From NCBI GenBank assembly GCA_964187785.1, contig OZ076409.1, positions 46,874,001 through 46,938,000 of the forward strand: 64,000 bases of DNA, written 5' to 3'. This DNA comes from Amphiscolops sp. MND2022. Its lineage: Eukaryota. Made by a program: the position numbers and the translations under genes. Position 1 is the stretch's first letter; the number at the start of each line of letters is the position of its first letter. Of this stretch, positions 12,297 through 25,555 are shown in pieces. The notes beneath the pieces were generated by a model, which did not search any database, had not been told where the DNA came from, and saw nothing but the letters and a program-made list of their open reading frames with translations.

Positions 12297-14006
12297 TGCT
12301 GCAGGGAGGCTCTGATGCAAAACGTTATCTGAAAAGTTTGAAGCCCGATAAAGACACTTCCGTATTCACACTTTTGTGGAAAAAAAATATTTATCTTCAA
12401 TGAAAATGAAATCAAAGCCTGTTAACCCCAATTAGTCTAGCGATGCTTGAAAGGTTTCAGTTCACATTTTGTTGCTACCGTGTTTGATTTGAACGACTCA
12501 AGCATTAGAAAAAGTGATTTATTTGACGTGAGAAATTTAGGATTTTCTTCCGTAAAATGATTAGGTTTTTCCAAATCTCCCTTTTTGTCAAAATGCAATT
12601 CTCTCAAAAGTTCTTGACCTATATAAAACGTCAACCCTATAAGTTTAGAATCCGGAAAAAATTAGGCTGAGTAGCTAGTTCTTTTTGTTCTTCAATCCTG
12701 TAGATCCAGGCAAACATCCGAAAATATACAAAAACGCTCAAATTAAAAAATGGCACCTCTTGGTTCATTTTAGACATTTTATTCAAAACGAAACCAGATA
12801 TCTATACACAAAAAACTGAGCAGCCAAAGATGATGCACTCTGGAAGATTTTACCCACGAAAACATCCAAAATTGCACAAAAGTTAACTTACTTACATACT
12901 ACAGTAATTGCATAGAACCGTCGAGGAGCGAATTTTTTTGCTTGCGCCTTTTTGGGCATTTTTATTCAAAACACTTTTCCTATACAAAACACATTTCTTG
13001 TAGATAAAAGTCTTGTATTCCCTTCCTGTGTTCAATTTTTACCCTCCAAAAAAAGGCATAGCACGGTCAAACTTTAAAAAGTCAAACTTTAGGTGGATTC
13101 TAGGAGAATTTTTCGACATAACCTCGACAGTGCTTTTGTCCCCAAATGAGGACAGCGAGTTTTTTCACAATCAATAAAATATTACAAAACGCAAAAAGCT
13201 CAGGAAAACGAAGTTTTGTTTTTCTAATCAACAATCTATTGGACTACATGGGGCGAGTTGTTATTTGTGTCAATATAGTTTGTTTTCCGAACCACCGGCA
13301 AAAAGGTAACTAGAAAAAAGTGAAAATTTGCAAAAAGATACTTTTCAGAAAATTAACTTTTTCTCAATAACACAGCAACTGTTTGCTAAGTTACTGTCAC
13401 TCTCTAGTAACACAGTTTGCCACCATTGGAACCGCATATAGAAGTTTTTTTAATGAAGCTTCAGGGAAAAGTTCCAGTGTCATTGGAAAGGCCCGGCGAA
13501 GCCGGGCCCGCGCCGCCGGGGTGGCGCTCTCACCCCAAAAGTGGCGCCAACTCCCAGCCTAACTAGTGTCCATTTCAAAGCTTAGGTAAAGGGCTTTCAG
13601 GAGCAGAAAACCGATTTGAGCTGTCGCTATTATTCGTGGAGAAATTAGGCTTTGAAATTTTTTTTGCTATTTTTTGTCACTTTTTCAACTTCTCGGTGTA
13701 CTGTCGAGGATAAAGCTTCAAAATTCCCTTTTGAAAAGTGTGTTGGGTAGCTAAATCTTTCGTCGTTGAACTATGTGGATTTATTTGATACAATAAAAAC
13801 GAAAATGGTCAAACATTGGAAAATTTTGACAATTTTGGCTATTTAGGGCCGCAATGTCCTGAATAGTTTTAATATTTCCACAAATAGTGGAACCAACCTA
13901 CTTTTATGAACGTTCAATTCTGTGAAGGATCATCCATTCATGATGAAAAATGGGTATCGAAAATGAAAATTAGTTGGCAGCAGTAGAAAAAGTAGTAGTA
14001 GTAAAA

Positions 14007-14525
14007 ACAAGCCGGGAACGGCCCAAGTCGGCGCCATATCTAAGGCTCAAAAATAACAAAAGGACTTCAAAGTGTCAAGTTTTCTCTTCTACAGTACCCG
14101 TTTGAGGAAAAATTGAAAAAAAAATTCCGATTTTTTCTTGAAATTTTTCAAAAAATTTTTTGGTCACCCGTAAGTCGCATAGTGCCGAAACATGTAGAAT
14201 GGGGCCCTTTGGGAGTTTTATAACATCCATTCTTTTGCAAAATAGACAAAAAAATGAAGGGTGGACCCTTTGGAGATATTTGCGAAAAAAGTCTCACAAC
14301 GCCGAAAAAAATTTGCACAAAAAACTTTTGGTCATGGCGGGACTCGAACCCATGTCCTTCTGCTTGTCAGACCTCGAAAAAGCCGCAGTGGCCAAGTGGC
14401 AGTGAAGTAGTGTGACACGGTTTAGTGTTAGTGCCAACTTATAAAATTTATAAAATCTGTCAGTTCGTTGGTCTTAAAAAAAGTCACTACTATAGTCTGC
14501 GTTTTTCTTCGAAAAGCGCCGACTA
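14007..14525 (-). mobile_element. HINE-like element
   Basis: ACAAGCCGGGAACGGCCCAAGTCGGCGC ... GCGCCGACTAAAAA termini, in an A-run. Confidence 0.8.
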
Positions 14526-14868
14526 AAAACAACTAAGAAAATGCACCAACCTGCAGGATTTCCAAATAAAATTAATTTAACTCGTAACTTAGTGAGACAA
14601 ATACAAAGTGTAGAATATGCTGCCTGCCGAAAAGTCAATCTACGCACAGTATCTCTCTGATAAAGAAAAAGACTGCTTGTAAACTTTTGGCATCTTACTG
14701 TTTTAGGGTATCAGAGCTAAGAGGCACAGTAAGTAAGTAAAAGTAAAAGAACACTGAATTCCATAATTCTATGATGTAAGTTATCATGAAAGATGGCAGT
14801 GTACAAAATCAGAGAGAAATTAAATTTGGTTTTATGTTTGGCAATGCATACTTCCTCCTTTATATAAG

Positions 14869-16135
14869 CTAGAATCTGAAATCTACCCAATTCAAATCGT
14901 AATGAAGGTCAGGGTCCATTTTCATTTTAGAATGATAGAACTCTTTCAATTTTGATTTGAATCTCTGAGGTTTTGATTCAAGTTTCCTCAAATTCTTGGG
15001 TAGTGAGTTCCAAACACACACGGTCCGTTTGAAAATGGAAGCTTGCATGATTTTTGAAGCAGCGAAGAAATTGAACGACAGTAGATTCGATCTGGGGGAC
15101 TCTTTTATGAATTTCATTGGAGAAAAAATGGGATTGTCAGTTAGTGCTGGCAACTCATTCATTTTACATTTTCGTAAGTAGTTAATTTGGTTAATGTCTA
15201 AAAAATTACGAACCGTAAAAATGCTGTGCTTCAATTTTAAGTCAGAAGATCTTTGGAACTTAATTCGATAGAAGCAAACTTTTACTGCCCAGCTGAGTTG
15301 CTTCTCAAGGGAGGTTATGAATTTTTCTGAACTCCACCCAACAGAATAGCGGGGTATTGCAAATTGCTCATGATTAACGTTTTGAAAACGAGGAGTCTGT
15401 TTTTTTCGTTTAGAGAGGAGCGGAGAGTGTATAAAGACTGGATAGATGTAGCCATTTGGGCTAAGACTTTTTTGATTTCCACTTCGTACATCAAGCATTG
15501 GTCAATAAGGACTCTGAGGTATTTCACATTTTCGGAACATTCGATTGTTTCGTTATTCAGTGTTAGTTTTTCTTTCTGTACTTCAGTTTTGTTACAGGGT
15601 TTGCAAAAAAATAATGAAGTTTGTTTTTTCATCATTCATCTTTAGTCCATTTCGTTGGAAGTAGACTTGGAGTTTTTCGATGTTTTTCTGAATTTTTTCA
15701 GTCCCTTCTTTCACTTCCTTATGTTCCGCAAATATCATTGTGTCATCAGCGTATTGAATTATATGACAATCTTTCTCGATGAAGTTATCGATGTCATTCA
15801 CATATAGGTTGAATAATAAGGGACCTAATATTGTTCCCTGGGGGACACCTTGATGGAGATTAATCCATTCGGAAAATTGACCATGTAAGGAAACTCTTTG
15901 CTTTCTATCTTTTAAAAAACTTTCAATTAATTGACACGAGAAGTTGTCAAAGCCTATGAGGGAAAGTCTTTTGAGCAGTGTATCGTGATTAACTGAATTA
16001 AACGCTTTTGATAAGTCAATGAAGGCTGCTGGGATATAAAAACCTTGATCGATTTTCATTGAGAAATTCAGTGAAAACAATTAGTGCATCGGTCGTGGAG
16101 GTCTTCTTTCGAAATCCAAACTGAAATTTTTTCAA
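14869..16135 (-). mobile_element. 5'-truncated, frameshifted non-LTR retrotransposon (CR1/L2-type reverse transcriptase)
   Basis: QFGFRK..STTDAL, FIDLSKAFNSVNH, GVPQGTILGPLLFNLYVND, QYADDT, VKYL.V.ID and WNSLP motifs spread over several frames. Confidence 0.92.
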
Positions 16136-17261
16136 GATTTGGAACACAGTCGCACGGCGATATTTCTCATTCTGCTGATATGCAATAAAAAACACAGTCC
16201 AGCCCCAATTGTTGAACAAAAAAGGAATATTTTACAATGAAAAAAGTATCTACAGATTTGAAAGGTTCGAAATTTGCATATCCGTAAAAGCACTATTCTT
16301 TCCTTCGAACTCTCAAGATCCAATACAAATCGGGAATAAAATTAGTGATTCGATTGAGTGGCATTTCTAGTTATTTTGCGTTATAACAAAACGGAAGACG
16401 TTTTGTTCGAATTGAAAAAGAAAACGAAAGAACGACTCTAATCAGAGTCGAAGCCCACAATCTTCCTGGAGAACGTAGAATCAAACGAATATCACGTCAA
16501 AAATTCGGAATTAGCGTGATTTTTCACAGTAATGAACGTTATATCAGAAATCGATAATCTTGTAGTTCTAACAGGGAAGATATACATTTTCGAAATTGGT
16601 CAGAGTCGAACCACACTCTTACTGGCAATACCACAGACAATTCAGATACAAGAAGTACAACCAGAGCCGCATGTGCGGTAAGGAGTCGGAAACGGATTAA
16701 AATATTGAAAAACAAATTACGTACTTTGTCATTTGGTCTTTTGTGGACCAATTTTGGCTATGTTTCTCAGATCCCAGCCATAGGATTTTGATCTCATTGC
16801 ACACGCAGGAGCACGTTTGGGTGTAGAATGACAGCTCTAAATTTATTAAAATCGTATGGAGTTTGAGAAAATTGAAATTTTCATTGAAAGGTCGGGAGAA
16901 AAAAGGTACGAGTGCATAAGTAGTAAATGTTATGAATACAATGTTATCAATTCTCTCGGGGGGAACTTTGCATAAAAATGGTCATAATATGCGAAAATGG
17001 AACTATTATAGCTCAATTCGAAAACATACAAATGTTCAACATTGATTAGATGCATACGTCCGCTCAAGGCGACTATCTGATGAAGCAAGCCGGGAACGAC
17101 CCAAGTCGGCACCTCGCCCAAGGTTCAAAATGGTAAAGTTTTAAATATGCAAAAGGACTCTATTGTTAACAATTCTGTGAAGGATCATCCATTCATGATG
17201 AAAAATGGGTATCGAAAATGAAAATTAGTTGGCAGCAGTAGAAAAAGTAGTAGTAGTAAAA

Positions 17262-17780
17262 ACAAGCCGGGAACGGCCCAAGTCGGCGCCATATCTAAGG
17301 CTCAAAAATAACAAAAGGACTTCAAAGTGTCAAGTTTTCTCTTCTACAGTACCCGTTTGAGGAAAAATTGAAAAAAAAATTCCGATTTTTTCTTGAAATT
17401 TTTCAAAAAATTTTTTGGTCACCCGTAAGTCGCATAGTGCCGAAACATGTAGAATGGGGCCCTTTGGGAGTTTTATAACATCCATTCTTTTGCAAAATAG
17501 ACAAAAAAATGAAGGGTGGACCCTTTGGAGATATTTGCGAAAAAAGTCTCACAACGCCGAAAAAAATTTGCACAAAAAACTTTTGGTCATGGCGGGACTC
17601 GAACCCATGTCCTTCTGCTTGTCAGACCTCGAAAAAGCCGCAGTGGCCAAGTGGCAGTGAAGTAGTGTGACACGGTTTAGTGTTAGTGCCAACTTATAAA
17701 ATTTATAAAATCTGTCAGTTCGTTGGTCTTAAAAAAAGTCACTACTATAGTCTGCGTTTTTCTTCGAAAAGCGCCGACTA
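17262..17780 (-). mobile_element. HINE-like element (duplicate of 14007-14525)
   Basis: Same sequence at offset 3255. Confidence 0.8.
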
Positions 17781-18123
17781 AAAACAACTAAGAAAATGCA
17801 CCAACCTGCAGGATTTCCAAATAAAATTAATTTAACTCGTAACTTAGTGAGACAAATACAAAGTGTAGAATATGCTGCCTGCCGAAAAGTCAATCTACGC
17901 ACAGTATCTCTCTGATAAAGAAAAAGACTGCTTGTAAACTTTTGGCATCTTACTGTTTTAGGGTATCAGAGCTAAGAGGCACAGTAAGTAAGTAAAAGTA
18001 AAAGAACACTGAATTCCATAATTCTATGATGTAAGTTATCATGAAAGATGGCAGTGTACAAAATCAGAGAGAAATTAAATTTGGTTTTATGTTTGGCAAT
18101 GCATACTTCCTCCTTTATATAAG

Positions 18124-19390
18124 CTAGAATCTGAAATCTACCCAATTCAAATCGTAATGAAGGTCAGGGTCCATTTTCATTTTAGAATGATAGAACTCTT
18201 TCAATTTTGATTTGAATCTCTGAGGTTTTGATTCAAGTTTCCTCAAATTCTTGGGTAGTGAGTTCCAAACACACACGGTCCGTTTGAAAATGGAAGCTTG
18301 CATGATTTTTGAAGCAGCGAAGAAATTGAACGACAGTAGATTCGATCTGGGGGACTCTTTTATGAATTTCATTGGAGAAAAAATGGGATTGTCAGTTAGT
18401 GCTGGCAACTCATTCATTTTACATTTTCGTAAGTAGTTAATTTGGTTAATGTCTAAAAAATTACGAACCGTAAAAATGCTGTGCTTCAATTTTAAGTCAG
18501 AAGATCTTTGGAACTTAATTCGATAGAAGCAAACTTTTACTGCCCAGCTGAGTTGCTTCTCAAGGGAGGTTATGAATTTTTCTGAACTCCACCCAACAGA
18601 ATAGCGGGGTATTGCAAATTGCTCATGATTAACGTTTTGAAAACGAGGAGTCTGTTTTTTTCGTTTAGAGAGGAGCGGAGAGTGTATAAAGACTGGATAG
18701 ATGTAGCCATTTGGGCTAAGACTTTTTTGATTTCCACTTCGTACATCAAGCATTGGTCAATAAGGACTCTGAGGTATTTCACATTTTCGGAACATTCGAT
18801 TGTTTCGTTATTCAGTGTTAGTTTTTCTTTCTGTACTTCAGTTTTGTTACAGGGTTTGCAAAAAAATAATGAAGTTTGTTTTTTCATCATTCATCTTTAG
18901 TCCATTTCGTTGGAAGTAGACTTGGAGTTTTTCGATGTTTTTCTGAATTTTTTCAGTCCCTTCTTTCACTTCCTTATGTTCCGCAAATATCATTGTGTCA
19001 TCAGCGTATTGAATTATATGACAATCTTTCTCGATGAAGTTATCGATGTCATTCACATATAGGTTGAATAATAAGGGACCTAATATTGTTCCCTGGGGGA
19101 CACCTTGATGGAGATTAATCCATTCGGAAAATTGACCATGTAAGGAAACTCTTTGCTTTCTATCTTTTAAAAAACTTTCAATTAATTGACACGAGAAGTT
19201 GTCAAAGCCTATGAGGGAAAGTCTTTTGAGCAGTGTATCGTGATTAACTGAATTAAACGCTTTTGATAAGTCAATGAAGGCTGCTGGGATATAAAAACCT
19301 TGATCGATTTTCATTGAGAAATTCAGTGAAAACAATTAGTGCATCGGTCGTGGAGGTCTTCTTTCGAAATCCAAACTGAAATTTTTTCAA
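18124..19390 (-). mobile_element. Duplicate of the LINE reverse-transcriptase fragment
   Basis: Same ORFs as 14869-16135 at offset 3255. Confidence 0.92.
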
Positions 19391-20339
19391 GATTTGGAAC
19401 ACAGTCGCACGGCGATATTTCTCATTCTGCTGATATGCAATAAAAAACACAGTCCAGCCCCAATTGTTGAACAAAAAAGGAATATTTTACAATGAAAAAA
19501 GTATCTACAGATTTGAAAGGTTCGAAATTTGCATATCCGTAAAAGCACTATTCTTTCCTTCGAACTCTCAAGATCCAATACAAATCGGGAATAAAATTAG
19601 TGATTCGATTGAGTGGCATTTCTAGTTATTTTGCGTTATAACAAAACGGAAGACGTTTTGTTCGAATTGAAAAAGAAAACGAAAGAACGACTCTAATCAG
19701 AGTCGAAGCCCACAATCTTCCTGGAGAACGTAGAATCAAACGAATATCACGTCAAAAATTCGGAATTAGCGTGATTTTTCACAGTAATGAACGTTATATC
19801 AGAAATCGATAATCTTGTAGTTCTAACAGGGAAGATATACATTTTCGAAATTGGTCAGAGTCGAACCACACTCTTACTGGCAATACCACAGACAATTCAG
19901 ATACAAGAAGTACAACCAGAGCCGCATGTGCGGTAAGGAGTCGGAAACGGATTAAAATATTGAAAAACAAATTACGTACTTTGTCATTTGGTCTTTTGTG
20001 GACCAATTTTGGCTATGTTTCTCAGATCCCAGCCATAGGATTTTGATCTCATTGCACACGCAGGAGCACGTTTGGGTGTAGAATGACAGCTCTAAATTTA
20101 TTAAAATCGTATGGAGTTTGAGAAAATTGAAATTTTCATTGAAAGGTCGGGAGAAAAAAGGTACGAGTGCATAAGTAGTAAATGTTATGAATACAATGTT
20201 ATCAATTCTCTCGGGGGGAACTTTGCATAAAAATGGTCATAATATGCGAAAATGGAACTATTATAGCTCAATTCGAAAACATACAAATGTTCAACATTGA
20301 TTAGATGCATACGTCCGCTCAAGGCGACTATCTGATGAA

Positions 20340-21136
20340 GCAAGCCGGGAACGACCCAAGTCGGCACCTCGCCCAAGGTTCAAAATGGTAAAGTTTTAAA
20401 TATGCAAAAGGACTCTATTGTTAACATTTCATGAATTTTACCATTTTTACCACTTTTTCTCCAACTGGAAACAGCAAAAAAAACGATCTTGCTCAACCGA
20501 CAACCTCTCGAAGAACGAGCAATTGAGAAAAAATCGAAACAAAAACATTTCGACAACAAAAAAATGTCTCCGGTAAGTCACATAGTACCGAAACACTAAG
20601 GAGTCCTCTATGATCGCAAAACCTTCGGTTTCTAGTAAAAATCGAGGGGGGTTTCGATAAAAAACAAATTAGAAAAAAGCCACATAGTACCGAAAAAACG
20701 CCGGTCTTAAAAAAATAGATAGTATTGAAAAAATTATTGGTGAATTGTATTGAGAAAACCTGATCAGACGAAAAATGAGAATTTCGAGCAGTCTAATTGT
20801 GCCGAAAATGTAAAATGTGTCCACTTTGACAATTTTAACATCCATTGTTGCAAAAAAATCAAAAATTTGAAGGGGGACCCTTTGGAGACAATCAAAAACT
20901 TTCGAAAAGTGTCACAAAGCCGAAAAAGGGTGAAAGTCGCAATGCCGAAAAAAGTGGAAAAGGACCCTTCTGCTTTGGAATGGTTTTGTATTTCATGTTA
21001 GAGGCTTTGGATGCGTTCAAAATTAAGTACTAAAAACATGGTAGAAGTGCACAGTGCACAAAAAGTGGACAGATCGCGTCGAACTGACGAAAAAACCACT
21101 GTAAGAGTCGTGCATTTTCTTCGAAAACGCCGACTA
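20340..21136 (-). mobile_element. HINE-like element (its first ~85 bp also at 17085-17169, cut by the duplication junction)
   Basis: CAAGCCGGGAACGACCCAAGTCGGCAC ... CGCCGACTAAAAA termini; internal TGCCGAAAA and GGGGGACCCTTT modules. Confidence 0.75.
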
Positions 21137-23416
21137 AAAACAGTTTCAAATTAGTCGTGCAACAACGAAAAACCAAAAGAAAGTTCTTTCAGGCTACAAA
21201 CTTTGTAACTTAAACCTGTAAAAACCATTTGAAAACGCATTTTATCAACTGAAAACATCAAATATGTATTCGATACATACATATTTAACACCTAAATACA
21301 TGTATAAGACGTGTAACACCTGAAAAATCCCCTCGAATGCAATTTCTCTGATTCGGGTCTACGTGGTGTTGTCTTCGGTGTATCCTAATAATTGCTTCAT
21401 CCAGCTTTTTGAATAAAAAGTGGGTTTGGTGAACCAGCTTCACTCTGTCTTTAGGTAGGGTTCACATTCGAAACGGAAGTGAAGCGATGTCTCTTTCGAT
21501 ATCATGCATTTGCAGTTTGGGGGTGCGACTTTGCTACAATTATAAATGTAACGCGAGAGTTCGAGCAGCGCTCTAATGAAAGTATATACCAAGTACTGCA
21601 AATTTTTGTTTTAGAGTCTCGGTAGCACCACTCTTTCAGCTTTAAGATCATTGATGTAGTTTTTAAAAAGATTGCGTTCAAATAGTAGTATTTCAGTCTT
21701 TTCCATATGTCCAATCAATTACAATTACTTTTAAACGAACAAAAATGTATTTTTACACAACCAACAAGCAAACGTCATGTGAAAAAGGACAAACCCATCA
21801 GGTGAACTATATTAGGTGATCAACCGCTGGAAGTACTAGATACCGTCAAAAGAAAATCTCAGAAATCAATCTTGAATCGATCAGAAGGTAGTTATTGTTC
21901 GAATCAGACCAATACCGAAAAAATCGAGTGAGAAAATAGAGATGAACTGTTTTGTAAAACGTATCAAAGACAGGTCACATGTTATCTCTAACAGTTCTCC
22001 GGCCAGGAAAACCTAAAAATATAGCACAGCTGGTTCACTTGACTGAATCTTTTCATTATTTTTCGCTTTCTAATGAAACGAAAAACTTAGTTTAAGCCGT
22101 GATTTCTTCTCGTTTCTGACATAACTTCTTCGCAGTACGTGGGTTCGAGTGGGACTAAACCCAAATTTTAGGGAAAATAGCAATCAAAAACAATTTTGTG
22201 ATACGTAACATGCTATGTGATATCTATTTGGATATAGATAAATATGGATTCTATTTTCTATTTGAAGTCAATTATACCCAAAATGTGCAGACGAGTAAAA
22301 TTTTTGCTTACAAAAGAACTGAAACAGCTCGTTTGACATGACTGTCATGAAAGCTACCAGACTGTGAACCGTTCAATTTCCATCACCAACTTCAAAAGAC
22401 AATATTATGTAGGTAATTTTTCTGAAAGCATCGTTTATACGAAAGAGTCACGCTCTTCAAAAACGGCGTTTGACTGCTCAACACCATGTTAAAACTTGTA
22501 TTTCGAAAAGATACAATGTATAATGATAATTGAATTTATTTGTTGAATGGTACAAACAAAACAACGAACAACTTACAATAAACAAATTCAGCAGAAGAGA
22601 CTTCCAGGGGCAAAAGCCCGTTTAATGGAAGCCTCGAAACAATCATAATTCCGATTCCTAGTTCCCTGAAACAGTAAGGCCACGTGAGAAAAGTCTAAGT
22701 TAACTCCCGAAAACCACGGGGCCGAATCCACTATGAGAGCCTTTGTTTCTACACAGAGGCGAAGCCGTCCTTCGCAAACACTTGCGCAGAAGGTTGCGAA
22801 CTTTTGAAGAGAACCAAATAAGCAAAATCATACGGAGAACCAAGTGTAAAATGACATTAAAATTTCAACAATTTTACAGCGCCAAAAAATACCCGAAGGG
22901 ATATGCATAAATCTCGAAAACCATTCTTCCCCAACTGGAAACATTTTTTTTTAAAAAAAAACAGAAAAATAAGTTTAAAAAATCGATTTTTTTCGAAAAA
23001 AATTTTTGAAGAAGGTCTCCGGTAAGTCGCATAGTGCCGAAAACCTTGAGCAGTTTTTTATGCTCGCAAAACGTTTCATTTTAAGTAAAAATTGAGGGGG
23101 GGCTTCGATGAAAATAAATCAGAAAAAAGTAGCATAGAAAAAAACGCCGGTCTTTAAAAAAAATTCGGATATAGCGTGCTGGGCTTCAGAAGACAAAAAT
23201 TATTCATTTTGAAATTTCTCACAATGCCGAAAACTGTAAAAGGGGGCCCTTTGAGATTTTTAACAACCATTCTGTTGCAAAATTTCAAAAAATTGAAGGG
23301 GAACCCATTGGAGTCTTTGAAAAATTTTCGAAAAAAAAACAAAACTGAGAATTTTTAAGTCTCATAGTGCCGAAAAAACTGGAAACATTCTGCTTCAGAA
23401 TGCTTGTAAAAAATTA

Positions 23417-23491
23417 GCGCATACTCACGGGTTCGAACACGAACCCTCTGGGTTGAAAAGCAAGCATCTTACCTTTAGACCACGAACGCCT
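23417..23491 (-). pseudogene. Degenerate tRNA-derived sequence adjoining a HINE-like interior
   Basis: Minus strand: TGGTCTAAAGG (A-box-like), TTC at an anticodon-like position, GTTCGAACCC (B-box/T-loop); acceptor and anticodon stems are broken. Confidence 0.5.
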
Positions 23492-24240
23492 GAACTATGC
23501 GACTTGCGGGCTGAAACGAGTTGTCGCGAGGAAAAAAAGCACCCGCACTTTCCCATAACACTTGCTCATCGCAAGTGTAATAACTAAAAACTCCGTCTAC
23601 TACCAACGTAGTTGGTGGAAAACAAATACTTAAGTGAAGAGACAAACTCAAATAAGGATTTTCACGTGGAATCGAAATTTTGCTGATAATGTTAATTTTC
23701 GTATGAAAAAAATAGTCGCTTCCGCACATTGGAAATAAACAACCAAGTAATACCAAACCTAAACTCTTTGTCAAAATAATGACGAGGCAGGAAATGCTTG
23801 TTACATGACTCAACCTTCAAAAAAATGAGATAAAAAGTCAACAATGTCCGCAAACTGAATCATTTTAGCTTAGTGGAATGAAAAACAGCGCATAAAAGTG
23901 TATATAAAAAACAAATGCTTTAATTGATTTCACTCCACCTGTTAATTATTGAAATGAGTTTCAACATTAATAACGAATTAACAACAAGACTTGGATGTTT
24001 ACTACGGCTACAGGTCAAATTCTCCGAAAATGCAGTCAAAACATTTGATGTATGACTCGCCCTTATTTTTAGGGCGCTTCGGAACTAACCACTGAACTGG
24101 TACTGGCACGTCGCTCCTTTTCGCTTCAGCATTTAAGGTACTCTCGATATGTGAACGTAGCTTCTCATTTTTTAATTTAGATTTCCACCTAAAAGATTTC
24201 AGATTTCAACTTAGATTCTAAATTTGAAGAAACTTAATAC

Positions 24241-24663
24241 CAGTGAATTAGGTCGCTTTTAGCGAAAGCGCAAAAAAAAGCGAAAGCGACGTAATATCTG
24301 GATAAGCGCCGACAGCGAAAGCGACGACCGAAATTTGCGCTTATCTAATTGGTCAGAAATTATAGCTATTTTGGTTACAAAAAGTGCCCAACTCTAACAG
24401 TGGCGAGTTTTTTGTACTGAGAATTTCACCCGATACTAGTACAATAGAAAAATTTGTCTCTGGTGGTTGTAGTTTGTTGAGATAAGAGAGTAACTGATCG
24501 AAATTTTCAAAAGTTGGTAATGTTTTTCAAAAAATTGCAGCTTTTGAGAACCAAAATTCGCTGAGCCAGGGTTTTCTTCCAAAAAGCGCCGCTTAAGCGT
24601 AAGCGTGCCAGTCATAAGCGCAACAAGCGATAAGCGCGTTTTTTGGGAAAACCTAATTCATAG
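24241..24663. mobile_element. hAT-type MITE
   Basis: TIRs CAGTGAATTAGGT / ACCTAATTCATAG; 8-bp TSD CTTAATAC at 24233-24240 and 24664-24671; subterminal AAGCG repeats. Confidence 0.85.
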
Positions 24664-24841
24664 CTTAATACCCTCTACTACCCCACGATCTCAGTTTAGA
24701 CTTTATTGGTCGGTTTTTGTCATACATACGTACGGGGCACTGACAAGCAATGTGCATTTCATAATTTGCTTACAGACACTACTAGGTGACCCGCAAAAAA
24801 CGGTAAACGTACAATCTCTCGCTCAAATCAAGGACTAAATA

Positions 24842-25025
24842 CAGTCAAACTCGGATAAAAGAAACTCATTGGGCGGTGAGAAAAAGGTTTCTTTTATCCA
24901 TAGTTTCTTTTATCAGTTGTCCTATTAACGTAGAAGGTTTGACTTGCATAAAATCGGAGGAGTGAAAACGTTTCTTATATCCGAATGTTTCTTTTATCCG
25001 CGTTTCTCTTATCCGAGTTCGACTG
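24842..25025. mobile_element. Tc1/mariner-superfamily (pogo/Tigger-like) MITE
   Basis: TA|CAGTCAAACTCGGATAAAAGAAAC ... GTTTCTCTTATCCGAGTTCGACTG|TA. Confidence 0.88.
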
Positions 25026-25119
25026 TATGAGTAAACAAACATAATGCTTCTCGAAACGAAGTGTGAGTCTGAAGTGGGCTGTCAAATGCGAAACGGTTTT
25101 CAAACTGGCTGTAGTAGAA

Positions 25120-25555
25120 ACAAGCCGGGAACAGCATAAATCGGTGCCTCGCTTGAGGCTCAAAAATAGCAAAAGGACTCTAAAGCGTCAAGTATTCTCT
25201 TCCACAGTACCCGAAAAACCTAAAGGGGACCCTTTGTGATTTATTAACATCCATTCTGTTGCAAAATATCAAAAAAATTGAAGGGGGACCTTTCAGAGAA
25301 TTTTAAAATTTTCGCAAAAAAGTTTCACAATGCCGAAAAAAAATCGAAAGGGGAACCCTTTAGTCTCGTCCGGTTTTGTATGTTACGCAAGAAAAAGGAA
25401 CAACTATTATAGTTCAGGTCCCTGGGCCGAATGGTACGATTTGGCCCTTTAAAGTTGTGTAGAACTTGGTAGATCTATTTTGGTCAGTTCGTGTGGATTG
25501 AAATGAAAAAAAAAGTGACTACTAAGTCGCGTTTCACTTCATGAAACGCCGACTA
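25120..25555 (-). mobile_element. HINE-like element
   Basis: ACAAGCCGGGAACAGC..AATCGGTGC and ACGCCGACTAAAAA termini; shared interior modules. Confidence 0.75.

Larger units (their letters stand above)
13915..20424. repeat. Tandem duplication, two 3255-bp units (13915-17169, 17170-20424)
   Basis: All ORFs recur with identical translation at offset 3255; junction ..gttaaCA|attctgtg has 2-bp microhomology. Confidence 0.97.

Noticed and set aside
14869..19390. Active retroelement or LTR pair
   Set aside because: The reverse transcriptase is truncated and frameshifted, and the repetition comes from tandem duplication including flanks, not from LTRs.
23417..23491. Functional tRNA gene
   Set aside because: Promoter-like boxes are present but the stems do not pair; kept only as a tRNA-derived relic.
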